A DNA stretch of 64,000 nucleotides, from assembly GCA_030390025.1 (NCBI GenBank), contig CM059432.1, forward strand, positions 6,200,001-6,264,000. The letters are read 5' to 3'. Both the position numbers and the translations under genes were made by a program. Positions 45,270 through 58,609 of this stretch are shown here, one piece after another. Below the pieces are notes generated by a model that had not been told where the DNA came from, did not search any database, and worked only from the letters and a program-made list of their open reading frames with translations. This DNA is from Squalus acanthias (Eukaryota). The first letter of the stretch is position 1, and every line of letters starts with the position of its first letter.

Positions 45270-45668
45270 GAAAGAAAAAGAAAGAAAGACTTGTATTTCT
45301 ATAGCATCTTTCACGATCGCCGGACGTCCCAAAGCGCTTTACAACCAATGAACTACCTTTTGGAGCGTGGTCACTGTTGTAATGTGGGAAACGCGACAGC
45401 CAATTTGCGCACAGCAAGCTCCCACAAACAGCAATGTAATTATGATCAGATAATCTGTTTTAGTGATGTTGATTGAGGGATAAATATTAACCAGGATACC
45501 GGGAATAACTCCCCTGCTCTTCTTTGAAATAGTGCCACGGGATCTTTTACGTCCACCTGAGAGAGCAGAAGGAGCCTCGGTTTAACGTCTCATCTGAAAG
45601 ACGGCACCACCGACAGTACAGCACTCCCTCAGCACTGCACTGGAGTGTCAGCCTAGATTTTGTGCTCA
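45270..45668 (-). mobile_element. DeuSINE
   Basis: Reverse copy lacking the head. Confidence 0.9.
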
Positions 45669-45974
45669 CAATAAGGTGAGGACCAGAACTGGGGGAGGGC
45701 CAGGCACTCACCCAGATGGAGGAGGAAGTGATAGATATCATCGGGACAGGCAAGCAAGGAGCGTCGACAACAGCAAGGCTGGAGGCCAAGCTCAGCATTG
45801 TGCCTGCCTATTGCTTGTATGCTTTCTCTTTCCTCAAGCAATTACTCAATCAGGAGCATGGCAACACGATGCTGCAGTGCTGACAATTATCTGCTACTGC
45901 CTAGCTTTTCCACGCCGTGTTGGACCTTGTCCACCTCCCTTGGCAAAGAGGGCATGGACAGAAGACTGACTGAT

Positions 45975-46505
45975 GTGACTCGGCACCACGCTTTAGGAAG
46001 GATGTTAATGCCTGAGAGAGGGCGCAGAGGAGATTCACTAGAATGGTACCAGAGATGCGGTACTTCAGTTATGTGGAGAGACTAGAGAAGCTGGGGTTGT
46101 TCTCCTTAGAGCAGAGGTTAACTGGAGATTTAATAGACGTGTTCAAAATCATGAAGGGTTTTAATTGAGTAAATAAGGAGAAATTGTTTCCAGTGGCAGA
46201 AGGGTCGGTAACCAGAGGACACAGATTTAAGGTAACTGGCAAAAGAACTAGAGGCGAGGTGAGGTTGAGAGAATTTTTTTTACGCAGCGAGTTATTATGA
46301 TCTGAAATGCACTGCCTGAAAGGGCGGTGGAAGCAGATTTAATAATAACTTTCAAAAGAGAATTGGATAAATACTTGAAGGGAAAAAATTTGCAGGGCTA
46401 TGAGGAAAGAGTCAGGCAGTGGGACTAATTGGATGGAGCCAGCATAGGCACGATGGGCCGAATGGCCTCCTTCTGTGCTGTATCATTCTATGATTCCATG
46501 ATTTA
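45975..46505 (+). mobile_element. CR1 3' fragment
   Basis: Decayed ORF2 end plus ttctatgattccatga tail. Confidence 0.85.
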
Positions 46506-46626
46506 TGAGGCATGGACTTTTGCTAATGCTGACATTAATGGAGCTGTTAGCAATAGTTTATTTACTTATTTCTTTGAATACTCTAGAGTTTCTGCCGTCC
46601 AAACCACGTGTCCTGCAGACACCTAA

Positions 46627-47390
46627 GGGCCAATTTTATCTCGGTCCGCCCGGTGGGAATGGCCCTAAAGCCGCAGTGTTGCACTTGTCGCCTTGTTCCT
46701 CTTGTGATCCCGCCTGCCGCAAATTTGTCCGGGGCCTTGACAAGGGCAGCCGAGGCGCCCGCCTAAACCCTTATTCAAGTATGTATGTCAGGGTCCGATG
46801 ATATCGCCGTTTTAAATCGACACAGTGGAAGTAGCGCAGTGCGATGGACCCGCCCAGTACTGCAGGGTGGTGCAGCCATAATACAGCAATTGAAGCAGGT
46901 GTGAGCCCGAGGCAAAAACATTGAGGGCTATCGTGACTTTGACTGCCGCAGGCTGTGTGTGGCCAGCTGGGAGAGTGGATTGGGGAACTTGTTGTACGGA
47001 GCTGCACAGTCCTGTGACAGCCTCTCTGGAGAAGTGCAGCCTCCTGCTTTACGGCCCCGCAGAAAACTCACTCCGGGCCTATAAGCCCTACGGGCCGGGT
47101 AAGGACCTCTGCGAGCAGCCCCCCTCATGTGTGGCCTCTTGCGAGGCCCAACCGAAGCTCCTTTTCCGGTTCCCCCCCTCCTACTGTTGCAGCTGCTCAT
47201 GTCGCTTCCCTTTCTCCAGCCCTGTTCTTCTTGAGGGTGTGGAAGCAGAATAACAGTGAAAGACTCCGGAAGAAATCCAACCAGCTCAGCCGCGCCGAAA
47301 TAATGATGACCTGAGTGCTAACACCCCTATTCCCAAAGGGCAGGTGCGGCAGTGACCCGCGCCGCCATTTTCTTCTTTTGGCTGACCTCC
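46627..47390. mobile_element. Harbinger-like element, one end only
   Basis: taa|gggccaatttt start, CpG-rich; cut by the following CR1. Confidence 0.5.
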
Positions 47391-47392
47391 AG

Positions 47393-48958
47393 GTCATAGA
47401 GTCACAGAAGGAGGCCATTCGGCCCATCGAGTCCGTGCCGGCTCTCTGTAGAGCAATCCAGTCAGTCCCATTTCCCCGCTCTATCCCCGTAGCCTTGCAA
47501 GTTTATTTCCCTCAAGTGCCTCTCCAGTCTCCCCTTGAAAACATTGAGTGTCTCCGCTTCCACCACTTCCATCGGCAGCGAGTTCCAAGTCCTCACCACT
47601 CGCTGCGTGAAAAAGATTTTCCTCACATCCCCATGTATCTCTTGCCCAAAACCTTCAATCTGTGTCCCCTAGACCTTGTACCATCAACTAGTGGGAACAG
47701 CCTTTCCCCGTCTAGCCTATCCAAATCCGTCATAATCTTGTATACCTCTATCAACTCACCCCTCAACCTCCTTTGCTCCAATGAAAACAAATCCAGCTTC
47801 TCCAGCCTGTCCTTGTAGTTAAGATCCCCAATCCCCGGAACCACTCTGGTAAATCTCCTCTGCACCCTCTTCACATCCTTCCTAAAGTGTGGTGACCAGA
47901 ACTGGACGCATTACTCCAGTTGTGGCCGAACCAGCGCTTTATAAAGGTTCAGCATAACTTCTCTACTTTTGTACTCAATACCTCTATTTATGAAGCCCAA
48001 GATCCCATATGCTTTGTTAACCACTCTCTCAATATGTCCTGCCACCTTCAGGGACCTATGCACATTAACTCCCAGGTCCCTCTGTCTCTGCACACTCTTT
48101 AAACCTGTACCATTAAGTGTATATTGCCTCTCCCTGTTCCTTCTGCCAAAATGTATCACCTCACACTTCTCTGTATTAATTTCCATCTGCCACTTGTCTG
48201 CCCATTCTGCTAGCCTTTCTATGTCCTGTTGCAATCGATTGGTATCATCCTCACTGTTTGCCACATCCCCAAGTTTGGTGTCATTGGCAAATTTAGAAAT
48301 TCTACTCTGTATTCCAATATCCAGGTCATTTATATATATCAAAAAAAGCAGTGGCCCCAGCACTGACCCTTGGGGAACACCACTGTCTACCATCCTCCAG
48401 TCTGAAAAACAGCCATTTACCACAACTTGCTGTTTTCTGTCCTTAAGCCAATTCCTTATCCAAGCTGCCCACCTATTCCATGAGCCTCAATTTTGTTAAC
48501 CAGCCTTCTATGTGGTACTTTGTCAAACGTCTTCCTAAAATCCAGGTAGACAACATCTATTGCATTCCCTCCCTGTTACTTCATCAAAAAATTCAATTAG
48601 ATTAGTCAAACAGGATCTGCCTTTTACAAATCCATGTTGGCTCTCCTTAATTAGCTTAAACCTCTCCAAGTGCCTGTTAATTTTTTCCTTGATTATTGTT
48701 TCTAAAACTTTACCCACCACTGATGTTAAACTGACCGACCTGTAGTTACTAGGATTGTCCTTACACCCTTTCTTGAACAATGGTGTCACATTTGCCACTT
48801 TCCAATCCTCAGGGAAGATTGGAAAATTATGGCAAGCCCTTCTATCTCCTCCCCCAATTCCCTTAGCAACCTGGGATACAAGCCATCTGGACCAGGCGAC
48901 TTATCCACTCTAAGTATACCCAGCCTTTCTAGTACATCCTGTCTATCAATTTTCACCC
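47393..48958 (-). mobile_element. CR1 RT-to-3'-end fragment
   Basis: [36 protein letters not shown]. Confidence 0.92.
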
Positions 48959-50114
48959 CTGATTTACGGTCGACCCTCCGTGGCAGCCCTTGATGTGGTC
49001 CTGACCGCCATCGCGCAGCCTGGCACCGCGTCTCGGTGCTAGGCTGCGGCCACGGCACCACTCCGGCCGGGTGGCCGAGTATGGGCCGTCGGAGGCCCTG
49101 CAGAGTGCGCAACCTCCCTCCCCTTTAACGGAAGGGGAGGGGCAGTGAAATGCATTAGCGCTATGTGGAGCAGCTGCGTAGCGCTCCGGCGTTCAAGCGC
49201 TTTGCACCCCCGACACCACCCCGAGAGGAAGTGGAGCACCCGAGATAGCACTCCACTTCCTCTCTGGGGCAGTAAGCTGAATTTAGCGACCGGGGCTGTA
49301 CTTCCGCGCCGGACGCTAGATATCCACCGCTGATTCGGTTACCACCCCAAACGGGGCATAACCGAATTTCGTGCCCTAGGCTTTTAAAGATGATTATTGC
49401 AGATTGTGTAGCTTGATTGAAACTAACTTAGCAACAGAAGGTGTCATGGCATGACTCTAACTAGGGACCAATGAATACTGGAGTTTCAAAGAAGTATGTT
49501 TTGACCCTACTATTCACACTCTTAATTAAAAGTCCTTCATATTTTAGAGTTAAACGCAATAATAGTTTTGAACAATGAATTCCTAATTGTGGGTTAAACA
49601 CAATAATGCCTGTAAAAGTAAATATTGGCTTACTGCGGTTTGATACAGGAAATACTTTTAACAAAACTCGTTTTAATTTGTATAGTGTCAAATTACAATT
49701 TTTAAGAAAATTTTAAAAAACTTATTCATCTTTATTTCAGGTTTACCTTTTCCCCTTGTGAGAGCCTCAATCTTTATTTTGTTCTCTGCAACATTTATTC
49801 ACTTCCTGGTTCCCGGTCTGTGAGAATTCTGTATTGTGATTGGCTGCTTAGACAGCTTGTTGACGTCACAGCAGCTCGCATCAGGGATTCCCCATTAAGT
49901 TACACTGATCTCAACTGAACGTCGGAAAAGCTGAATTTCTCGCCACAGAGATGGCGAGATCTTTGTGGGAAGCTTTCTTCGGGGCCAGCGGTGAACGCCT
50001 TTACTTCGCCACTGACCACAAATTACGGGTCAACATCTCATTGGCATAGAATACACCTTCAATCAGCTGCTTCATTTATAGTTAGTTGAACTAGGTTCCA
50101 TGGGAGAAGGCAAC

Positions 50115-50657
50115 TGTAAGAGTAAAAAATTTAATTGTAATAATGTAAGGGCTAATCAGTTGTAATGTTTAAGATTAGTTGAACTGCTTAAAGGACTATA
50201 GTAAAGGTCAAAGTGTCTCCCGAAGGCATGGAGACAGGGGTATAATTAGATAAAAGACCAACTTGCTTAGGCTGCAGTATTGTAATGCAGACACCGCAAA
50301 ACAGAAAATGTGGATCGTTGTCTTTCTATAAACTAACCTCGAATAGGTGTAAGAATGAAACCAATGCAACACAGATGGCTGATAAAAAGCAGAAGTAAAA
50401 GAATAAGTTTTGCTAACAGTGTAAATTCTGATCAAGTTGTTTTTAGACAACCTAAGGTTCACCTATGATGTAACCCTAACCCTAACTGTGCTGATGTTTA
50501 TACTTTTTTTGGCTTTTGAAAGTGTATAAAGGAGCGTTAAATTGAGAAGATGATCATGAGACAGTAGTCTATGGTTCTTCTCCCAGAGCGCTCTGAATAA
50601 TAAACTGTGATCTTTTGCTTTTAAGACAGACTCGAGTGAATTAATTTTTCACCAACA
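50115..50657 (+). mobile_element. Solo LTR 3 (543 bp, 5-bp TSD)
   Basis: TGT...ACA, TSD gcaac (50110-50114 / 50658-50662), TATAAA at ~50525, AATAAA at ~50599. Confidence 0.88.
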
Positions 50658-51044
50658 GCAACTAATGATATATGGCAACTCCTTTTGACATTATACTGTT
50701 GTAAACATCAATTATTGTAAGTACTTTAGATGTTCCTTCGAAATTTGTCTTGCTGATTAAACCTGGAATTTTCTGATTATAAAAAATTCTACTTTACGTT
50801 TAAGCCAAAAAAAGTATTGGCCTGCAGGTGATTTGACCCAATTGTTTGACACAAATTTAGGAGAGAACAAAAAGCAGGAATGCTTATTTATTGTTGATGT
50901 CAAGGAAGCTAGTTATAGTGTTACCATCAAAATGTGTTGATGATGCCAAATTGCATGGCTAGGTGACCAGAGGGAGGGTGGGGGGGGGGGGGGGGGGCGG
51001 AGATGGATAGCACTGAAAAAAATAGCCAAATGGGCTAAAAATGA

Positions 51045-51168
51045 TAGAAAGAAAGAAAAGAAGAAAAAGAAAGACTTGCATTTGTATAGTGCCTTTCAGG
51101 ATGTCCCAAAGCGCCTTATAGCCAATGAAGTATTTTTGAAGTGTAGTCATTGTTGTAATGTAGGAAAG
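51045..51168 (-). mobile_element. DeuSINE tail fragment
   Basis: aaagacttgcatttgtatagtgcctttc...gtgtagtcattgttgtaatgtagg. Confidence 0.8.
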
Positions 51169-51471
51169 AATTAATATGGACCAATGTAAAATAATGCACA
51201 TTGGAACTGAAATACATACATAATAAACAAACCTCCATCAGCAGAGGTGGAAACAGAAAAGGACCTGGTGCAGCAGTTTAACGATTCACTGAAAGTATCC
51301 AATGAATGTGAAACTGTTATTGATAAGGCAAATCGGGTGTCTGGTTTCATCACAAAGGCATTTGATTATCAATCAAAACAGAATGTTTCAGCCCTATATA
51401 ATTCAGCTCAATAATAAAGCCATATTACAATACTCGGTTGGAGTTTCCGCTTTGGATGCAATCGACAATCT

Positions 51472-52008
51472 GGGCGCAAATTACGCTTGAAATTGCGCTG
51501 GTTTTCCAATGTGAAATTATGCTTCAAGTTTCCAACCAAACTCGTTTGCATATCGTCGACTGTAAAATCTCTCATGAACCAGCGCAATCGGGCAGCAAAA
51601 TAGAACGTAATCGTTTCTTTTTTTTCCCCCTTGCATTAAAAAATATTCAATGATGTGTTTAAGAGTGGTAACCTGGTGCAGTTTTATTAATACAGCTGAA
51701 AATGAGTTTATCAGAAAAAATAAGCATTTTTAATAAGAGTGTCCAGTCCACCACCTGTGAGTGACCTGATTTCAAATCACTGAAAATGACTTTAAAAAAA
51801 ACTATACTGAACCATTTACCAGCTTCATGACTGTACACTGGTCAGTTTCTTAGTAACTTAAATCATTTTTAATATGTACAAACTTTTAAAACGTGCCTAC
51901 ATGTGCCTTTGTGCCTAAAAAACCTAGCTTAACTGGAAGACCCTCTACAATCAGTCGTAAACGGGCACGATCGGCGGAAACTCGCCATGCTCGTAATTTC
52001 GATCTGGG
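51472..52008. mobile_element. Degenerate Harbinger-like MITE
   Basis: gggcgcaaattacg ... cgtaatttcgatct; CpG-rich arms around an AT-rich centre. Confidence 0.4.
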
Positions 52009-52539
52009 GGCATGGCTAGTTTTGTCGGCGGGGCAGCATTTTCTGTTTTTACTTCAGATTTCCAGCATCCGCAGTATTTTGCTTTTGTTTTAGAATAGTA
52101 GAGTTCCGAGGATAATGGTTGGGACAGTTCCAAGACTTATTCAACTCATTCTCATTGGAGACGAGAAGATTGAGAGATGACATGACCCACCCAGTTATTT
52201 TTTTAAATTGAAAGACAAAGATAATGTAGATAAAAGCCAGCTCTTAAAGTAAAACTGAACTCAAGAACATGAGTACAAAATTAACAATCCTCAAGCACAT
52301 CTTAAGATCAGATGAAAAAACTCATCACAGAATAGCAGAAATGGGGAATAGATTCCTATCAAAAGCTAGTAACACAATAACAATGGACTGTTTTAAACAA
52401 AAGAGCTCTCCCAATGGCTGAGTGGGTAAATATGCTGAATGGCATGGTACCGATCCATATACAACAAGAACATACCAGGTTTGATCCCTGGTCTGTGGTC
52501 AGTTAAATGATCTCAGTTGAAGCAGGGCGTAAGAAGATA

Positions 52540-53760
52540 ATAACATAAGAAATAGGAGCAGGAGTAGGCCATTCAGCCCTTCGAGCCTGCTCCGCCATTC
52601 AATGAGATCATGGCTGATCTTCTGCCTCAATTCCATTCACCGGCCTTATCGCCATATCCCTTGATGCCCTTACTAGTCAGAAATCTATCGACTTCTGTTT
52701 TGAATATACCCAATGACTGAGCCTCCACAGCCCTCTGGGGTAGAGAATTCAAAAGATTTACCACCCTCTGTGTGAAGAGATTTCTTCTCATCTCAGTCCT
52801 GAATGGCCCACCCTTTATCCTGAGGCTGTGGCCCCTGGTTCTAGACTCCCCAGCCAAGGGAAACATTCTCCCAGCATCCACTCTATCAAGCCCTGTAATA
52901 ATTTTGTATGCTTCAATGAGATCACCTCTTATTCTTCTGAATTCAAGAGAATACAGGCCTAGTTTACTCAATCTCTTCTCATACGACAGTCCTGCCATCC
53001 CAGGAATCAATCTCGTGAACCTTCGTTGCACTCCCTCTATGACAAGTATATCCTTCCTTAGGTAAGGAAACCAATATTTTACACAGTACTCCAGGTGTGG
53101 TCTCACCAAGGCCCTATATAATTTGAGTAAGACTTCTTTACTCCTGTACTCAAATCCTCTTGTAATGAAGGCCAGCATACCATTTGCCTTCCGAATGGCT
53201 TGCTGCACCTGCACATTCACTTTCAGTGACTCATGTACAAGGACACCCAGGTCCCTTTGAGCATTTGCATTCCCCAATCTTTCACCATTTAGGAAATACT
53301 CTGCCTTTCTGTTTTTTCTACCAAAGTGGATAACTTCACATTATAATCCATCTGCCATGTTCTCACCCACTCACTGAGCCAGTCGAGATCCCCTTGAAGC
53401 CTCTTCACATCCTCTTCGCAACTGACACTGCCACCTAGCTTTGTGTCATCAGCAAATTTGGAAATGTTACATTTAGTCCCCTCATCCAAATCATTGATAT
53501 AGATTGTGAATAGCTGGGGCCCAAGCATCGATCCTTGCGGTACCCCACTAGTCACAGCCTGCCATCCTGAAAAAGACCCGTTTATCCCTACTCTTTGTTT
53601 TCTGTCTGGTAACCAATTCTCAATCCATGTTAGTATATTAACCCCAATTCCATGTGCCCTAATTTTGTTCACCAACCTCTTGTGTGGGACCTTATCTTCT
53701 GAAAATCCAAATACACCACATCTACCGGTTCCCCTTTGTCTACTCCACTAGTTACATCCT
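52540..53760 (-). mobile_element. CR1 RT-to-3'-end fragment
   Basis: ORFs 53289-53675 and 52627-53277. Confidence 0.92.
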
Positions 53761-54271
53761 ACCCATTTACTTCTATTAGTGCCATTAATTCATCCACCTT
53801 GTTGCGAATGCAGGGACATTATAATGGACCTCAGTACGCCCAAGCTATAAAGGCTGAAATGTCAGCTGATATTTTTACTTTAAATTGCTTTTAGATAATC
53901 CCTGCTGGATATGTATGTGTGAAGATGCTTTAGTGATGACAGAATCAGGCTGGGCAGTGATGGTCTTCATGGTGTAATAGCTGACAGACAACCACGGTGC
54001 CTGAAAGCAACTCAGGGTAACTTTACCTCTCTCCCTTGCTGTCTATCGGTCTGTACCTCTTTCCCTATGATGAATTAGAAAAACTTCACCCCCTACATGA
54101 AGGCCTGGTTCCATGAGGAATTGACTTTTTCTGGTCTTGTAAAGGAGTAGCCTCATCCTACCATGAATGCATTGCTTCATCAGGGCTATATGGTAATGTC
54201 ATTAGATGCAATATGACCTGAAGGCTTCATTTTGGTCTATATTGCTTCCTTAACATACTTGTATTAGTAAT

Positions 54272-54577
54272 CTTTTTTTCATTCACTGGATGTGGGCGTC
54301 GCTGGCAAGGCCAGCATTTATTGCCCATCCCTTATTGCCCGTGAGAAGATGGTGGTGAGCCACCTTCTTGAACCGTTGCAGTCTATGTAGTAAAGGTACT
54401 CCCACAGCGCTGTTAGGTAGGGAGTTCCAGGATTTTGATCCAGCGACGATGAAGAAATTGCAATATATTGTCAAGTCAGGATGGTGTGTGACTTGGAGGG
54501 GAACTTGGAGGTAGTGGTGTTCCCATGTGCTTGCTGCCCTTGTCCTTCTAGGTGGTAGAGGTCACGGGTTTGGGAAT
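54272..54577 (-). mobile_element. Second CR1 family, 3' fragment
   Basis: FIVAGSKSWNSLPNS; same tail as 34640. Confidence 0.85.
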
Positions 54578-54709
54578 CGTATGAAATCTTAATCTTATGG
54601 AACATAGACACGTATTTCTACGCAACCATGATTAATCACTGAGATAACAATTTCTAATGAAGAATGGCTCATAGACCAAACTTGTTTTTGTTACTCCTAG
54701 TAAAAGGAC

Positions 54710-54805
54710 AAAAGTGAGAAGTCGCACAACACCAGGTTATAGTCCAACAGCTTTATTTGAAATCACAAGCTTTCGGAGCAGCTGCTCCTTCGTCAGGTGA
54801 AGTGG
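54710..54805 (-). mobile_element. Solo Penelope pseudo-LTR with hammerhead motif
   Basis: Minus strand tcac-CTGACGA-a-ggagcagctgctcc-GAAAGCTT-gtga...aataaa...ggactataacctggtgttgtgcgacttctc. Confidence 0.85.
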
Positions 54806-55776
54806 TGTGGGATGTTCAACGGGCGGCTAATATGCAACCACCAGTTTTCCCCCAAGCCCGAGCTAAAAATTAGCCCCAATGTTTTATTTCCCCCCATGGG
54901 GTCATGGATGTGTGATTTAAAGTCCCAGATAAAACAGTTAACACCTTTGAAAAGAATGGGATGAATATCCAATTAGGAATGGGATTGAGGATTATAAGTG
55001 TAAAATACAGATAGAGATAATGAAATGTGATAGTTCCTGAGCTGTTAAGAATGTGGATGTATCATGCTAAGTGAAATACAGTACGAAAGGACTCATAAAA
55101 TATGAATGCCACTGCAAAAGGGAAGAACTTTTATGGTTCCACGTCATCTTTGTATTGGTTATCTCTGTAATTACCGCATGCCTGTTCCCATAATAATTGC
55201 AGTGACGTTTCTTTTATAGCAGAGCGTGTGTTTTTACAACATAGATAATTTCACCTTCAATAACCATCTCATAAATGCCACTGTGTCCTGATAAAAGCTC
55301 AGTGATTTCTGAAAGTTCACGAAACTTGTTTGCTATCTTTGTCCAACCAACCCTTGCCTGTCTAATAAATGGAAATGTTTTTAGTCAAACTTATACTTAT
55401 AATAAGAACTAGGGGTCACAGTCCCATGCATGTGAACAACTAATCTTTTATTTACTTTTATGTTTTAAATAATGTATACAAGAAAGTTTATTTACATACA
55501 GGAAAATGTGTCTTTAATGTTATTGGCAGGGAAGCTAGTTGAGGGCGTTGAGACAATTGGCAGCAGTCTCAGCATGTTAGCATGGAAATAAGTTGACTGT
55601 CATTGCATTATGATGTCCTTGTTGAAATTGTCTGACTCATACAGCATATTGTATTATTCTATCTGATTCATATTATGAACTTTTGCAGTGTGATACTAAC
55701 TTATTCAATGTCTTATATTGATTATATGGAGAATATATATGATATATATGATATATTCTCTATAAAATTGATATAT

Positions 55777-56230
55777 GTCAGCTGTGGCTCACTTGGTAGC
55801 ACTCTCGCTTCTGAATCAGAAGGTTGTGAGTTCAAGTTCCCACTCCAAGAGACTTGAACACAAAAATCTAGGCTGACACCTCCAGTACAGTACAGAGGGA
55901 GTGCTGCGCTGTCAGAGGTGCTGTCTTTCAGATGAGATGTTTAACTGAGGCCCCATCTGACCTCTCAGGTGGACATAAAAGATCCCATGCCACTATTTTG
56001 AAGAAGAGCAGGGGAGTTATCCTGGTGTCCTGGCCAATATTTATCCCTCAATCAAGATCACTAATATAGATTATCTGGTCATTATTTTGTGGGAGCTTGC
56101 TGTGCACAAATTGGCTGCCGCATTTCCTACATTACAACAGCGACTATACTTCAGTGGCAGCAAAGTGCTTTGGGATGTCCGATGGTTGTGAAAGGTGCTA
56201 TATAAATGCAAGTCTTTTTTTTCTTTTCTT
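55777..56230 (+). mobile_element. DeuSINE, full length
   Basis: tRNA head (A and B boxes), body, tail. Confidence 0.92.
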
Positions 56231-57560
56231 TATATGATCCTGTTGGATATGATACAAGACGAATCAATTGATGCAAAGTGGCATCCAACTGTGTTTCTCA
56301 TGTGCGTTTTGAGACTATAAGTAGAATAATCTGATAATCTTTTCAATTCTGAGAGATGTATTGGGTGGATAAATCCTGACATCAAGATTGTTCTGGCTGT
56401 ATGGAAACAGTCTGATGATGGATGTCCAGGTTAAACTCTGGTCTAAGCTGCAATCTTAATCAATGGAGCCTCTTTCGGAAGCTAGCCTATTGGATATTTT
56501 TTCTGGATTTAGAAGAGTCTACAAACCACCTTATTTAGAAAGTTATTTAATTGAACTATTTTAATTCAATTTTAAAAATACAAATAAGTTCTATTTTGCA
56601 GTTCTCCAACGTGAGGAACACCATTTGTTTTTATTCACCTATGAACTGATGGGATATGTTCTGTATACAGTGATGTTTAGTGTTTCCCATAATTGCAAAC
56701 ATATAGCTGTAAATGGATTAAATGTGATGGTGAAGTTACGATCACAGATTATATTTTTTAATTTGACATTTTGGTATATTTTTCTTTCAACATTGACAGG
56801 ACTAGATCAGTAGGCTACAAGGAGAGTTGGGATCATTGCTATACTATGATTGTACTTTGGTAAGCATGGAGAAAATTCCAATATCCATAAATTTGTGCAA
56901 TTGTACTTGGAGGAATGCTGTTGTTGTTGAGTTCATATATTAAATACATGCACGTATCTGAGTGATTTAATGTTTTTTGTTGGAGCATTGTACAATGTGC
57001 TATTTATAAAATGTTCTTATTTTTTTTTTAAATCCCGATGGCCATATTCATCAACTTTTGTCAGTTCTACGCCTGTTTCTGGGTGAATCGGTCTTTTTTT
57101 CCCATTTTCTTTGGAGGGAAGGAGGAGTCTGCTTCTCCAGCAGAATTTGTCGACTTCCACTGTCACACTGCATTATCTGCTCTGGATAATGTTAGTTCAA
57201 CTATCCAGCTGTCTCTGTTATTAGACCATTTACGTGTATTTCCATCTCCCTACTGAGCAATATAGGTACTCTACTGACATCCCTGGGTATCTGTCTTTAA
57301 TATCCCATCACTCATTTCATGTTGCACTGCTCAACTGCTCTCTTCATTCCAAAGTTCAATGTAACTAGGGGCCGTCGGGAGTTGATTATGTATTAAGGAG
57401 TGTATGGGCCTAGCTCTTGTATGTCACATAGTTTGTCCGTAATATTATATGACAGTTCAGCAGCTTGGTTCTGCTCCTTTATTTTGTTATGGATGCTCTT
57501 AGTTGATCCTGTTTGTTCTTTAGTTAATTCCACCTGGGCAGTGTCAGTATTTTGCTATTG

Positions 57561-58017
57561 TGTCAGTTGTGGCTCAGTTGGCAGCATCCTCGCCTCTGAG
57601 TTAAAAGGATTGTGGGTTCAAATCCCACTTCCAGGAGACTTGAGCACAAAAATCTAGGCTGACACCCTAGTGCAGTACTGAGGGAGTGCTGCACTGTCGG
57701 AGGTGCCGTCTTTTAGATGAGACATTGTCTGCTCTCTCAGGTGGACGTGAAAGATCCCATGGCACTATTTCGAAGAAGAGCAGGGGAGTTCTCCCCAGTG
57801 TCCTGGCCAATATTTATCCCTCAATCAACATCACTAAAACAGATTATCTGGTCATTATCACATTGCTGTTTGTGGGAGCTTGCTGTGTGCAAATTGGCTG
57901 CCACGTTTCCAACATTACAACAGTGACTACACTTCAAAAGTACTTCATTGGCTGTAAAGCGCTTTGGGATGTCCGATGGTCGTGAAAGACGCTATATAAA
58001 TGCAAGTCTTTCTTTCG
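57561..58017 (+). mobile_element. DeuSINE, full length
   Basis: tgtcagttgtggctcagttgg...ggttcaaatcc...gctatataaatgcaagtctttctttc. Confidence 0.92.
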
Positions 58018-58207
58018 TCTCTCACTTCCGTTGCCTTGTGCTGTACCATAAATGCATTGATTGTAATGTTCTGCCATTGTTGGTAAATATGCTTCTGATT
58101 GGTATATGCTCATATTCCAAGCTATTCCTTTGTAGGTTGGATGGTATGTTGTCCAGCTTTCTATCGGGGATATTGTGCATTGGTCTATCACTCTTCAGTA
58201 TCACTCT

Positions 58208-58580
58208 TCGTGGCTGCAGTGTGTACCATCTACAAGATGCACTGTAGCAACTCGCCAAGGCTTCTTCGGCAGCACCTCCCAAACCCGCGACCTCTACCAC
58301 CTAGAAGGACAAGGGCAGCAGGCGCATGGGAACACCACCACCTCCAAGTTCCCCTCCAAGTCACACACCATCCTGACTTGGAAGTATATCGCCAATCCTT
58401 CATCATCGCTGGGTCAAAATCCTGGAACTCCCCAACAGCACTGTGGGAGTACCTTCACCACATGGACTGCAGCGGTTCAAGAAGGCAGCTCACCACCACC
58501 TTCACAAGGGCAATTAGGGATGGGCAATAAATGCTGGCCTTGCCAGCGACGCCCACATCCTATAAACAAATTTTTAAAAA
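58208..58580 (+). mobile_element. Second CR1 family, 3' fragment
   Basis: VAAVCTIYKMHCSNSPRLLRQHLPNP. Confidence 0.88.
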
Positions 58581-58609
58581 GTCTTGCACTGCTGTAATGT
58601 TTGTTTCAG

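Larger units (their letters stand above)
42880..45790 (+). pseudogene. Decayed Harbinger Myb/SANT-like accessory gene (two exons), broken by CR1, MITE and SINE insertions
   Basis: Exon 1 AIQVLKEQVWACRQILFP...QRA*REVANNVNARTITPRMWGQCR|NHFNNLTEATR + gtgag donor (~43681); exon 2 EKL|AHNKVRTRTGGGP..LTQMEEEVIDIIG (~45260, 45664-45750). Confidence 0.7.

Noticed and set aside
50470..50486. taaccctaaccctaac as an interstitial telomere
   Set aside because: Under three units, inside a solo LTR
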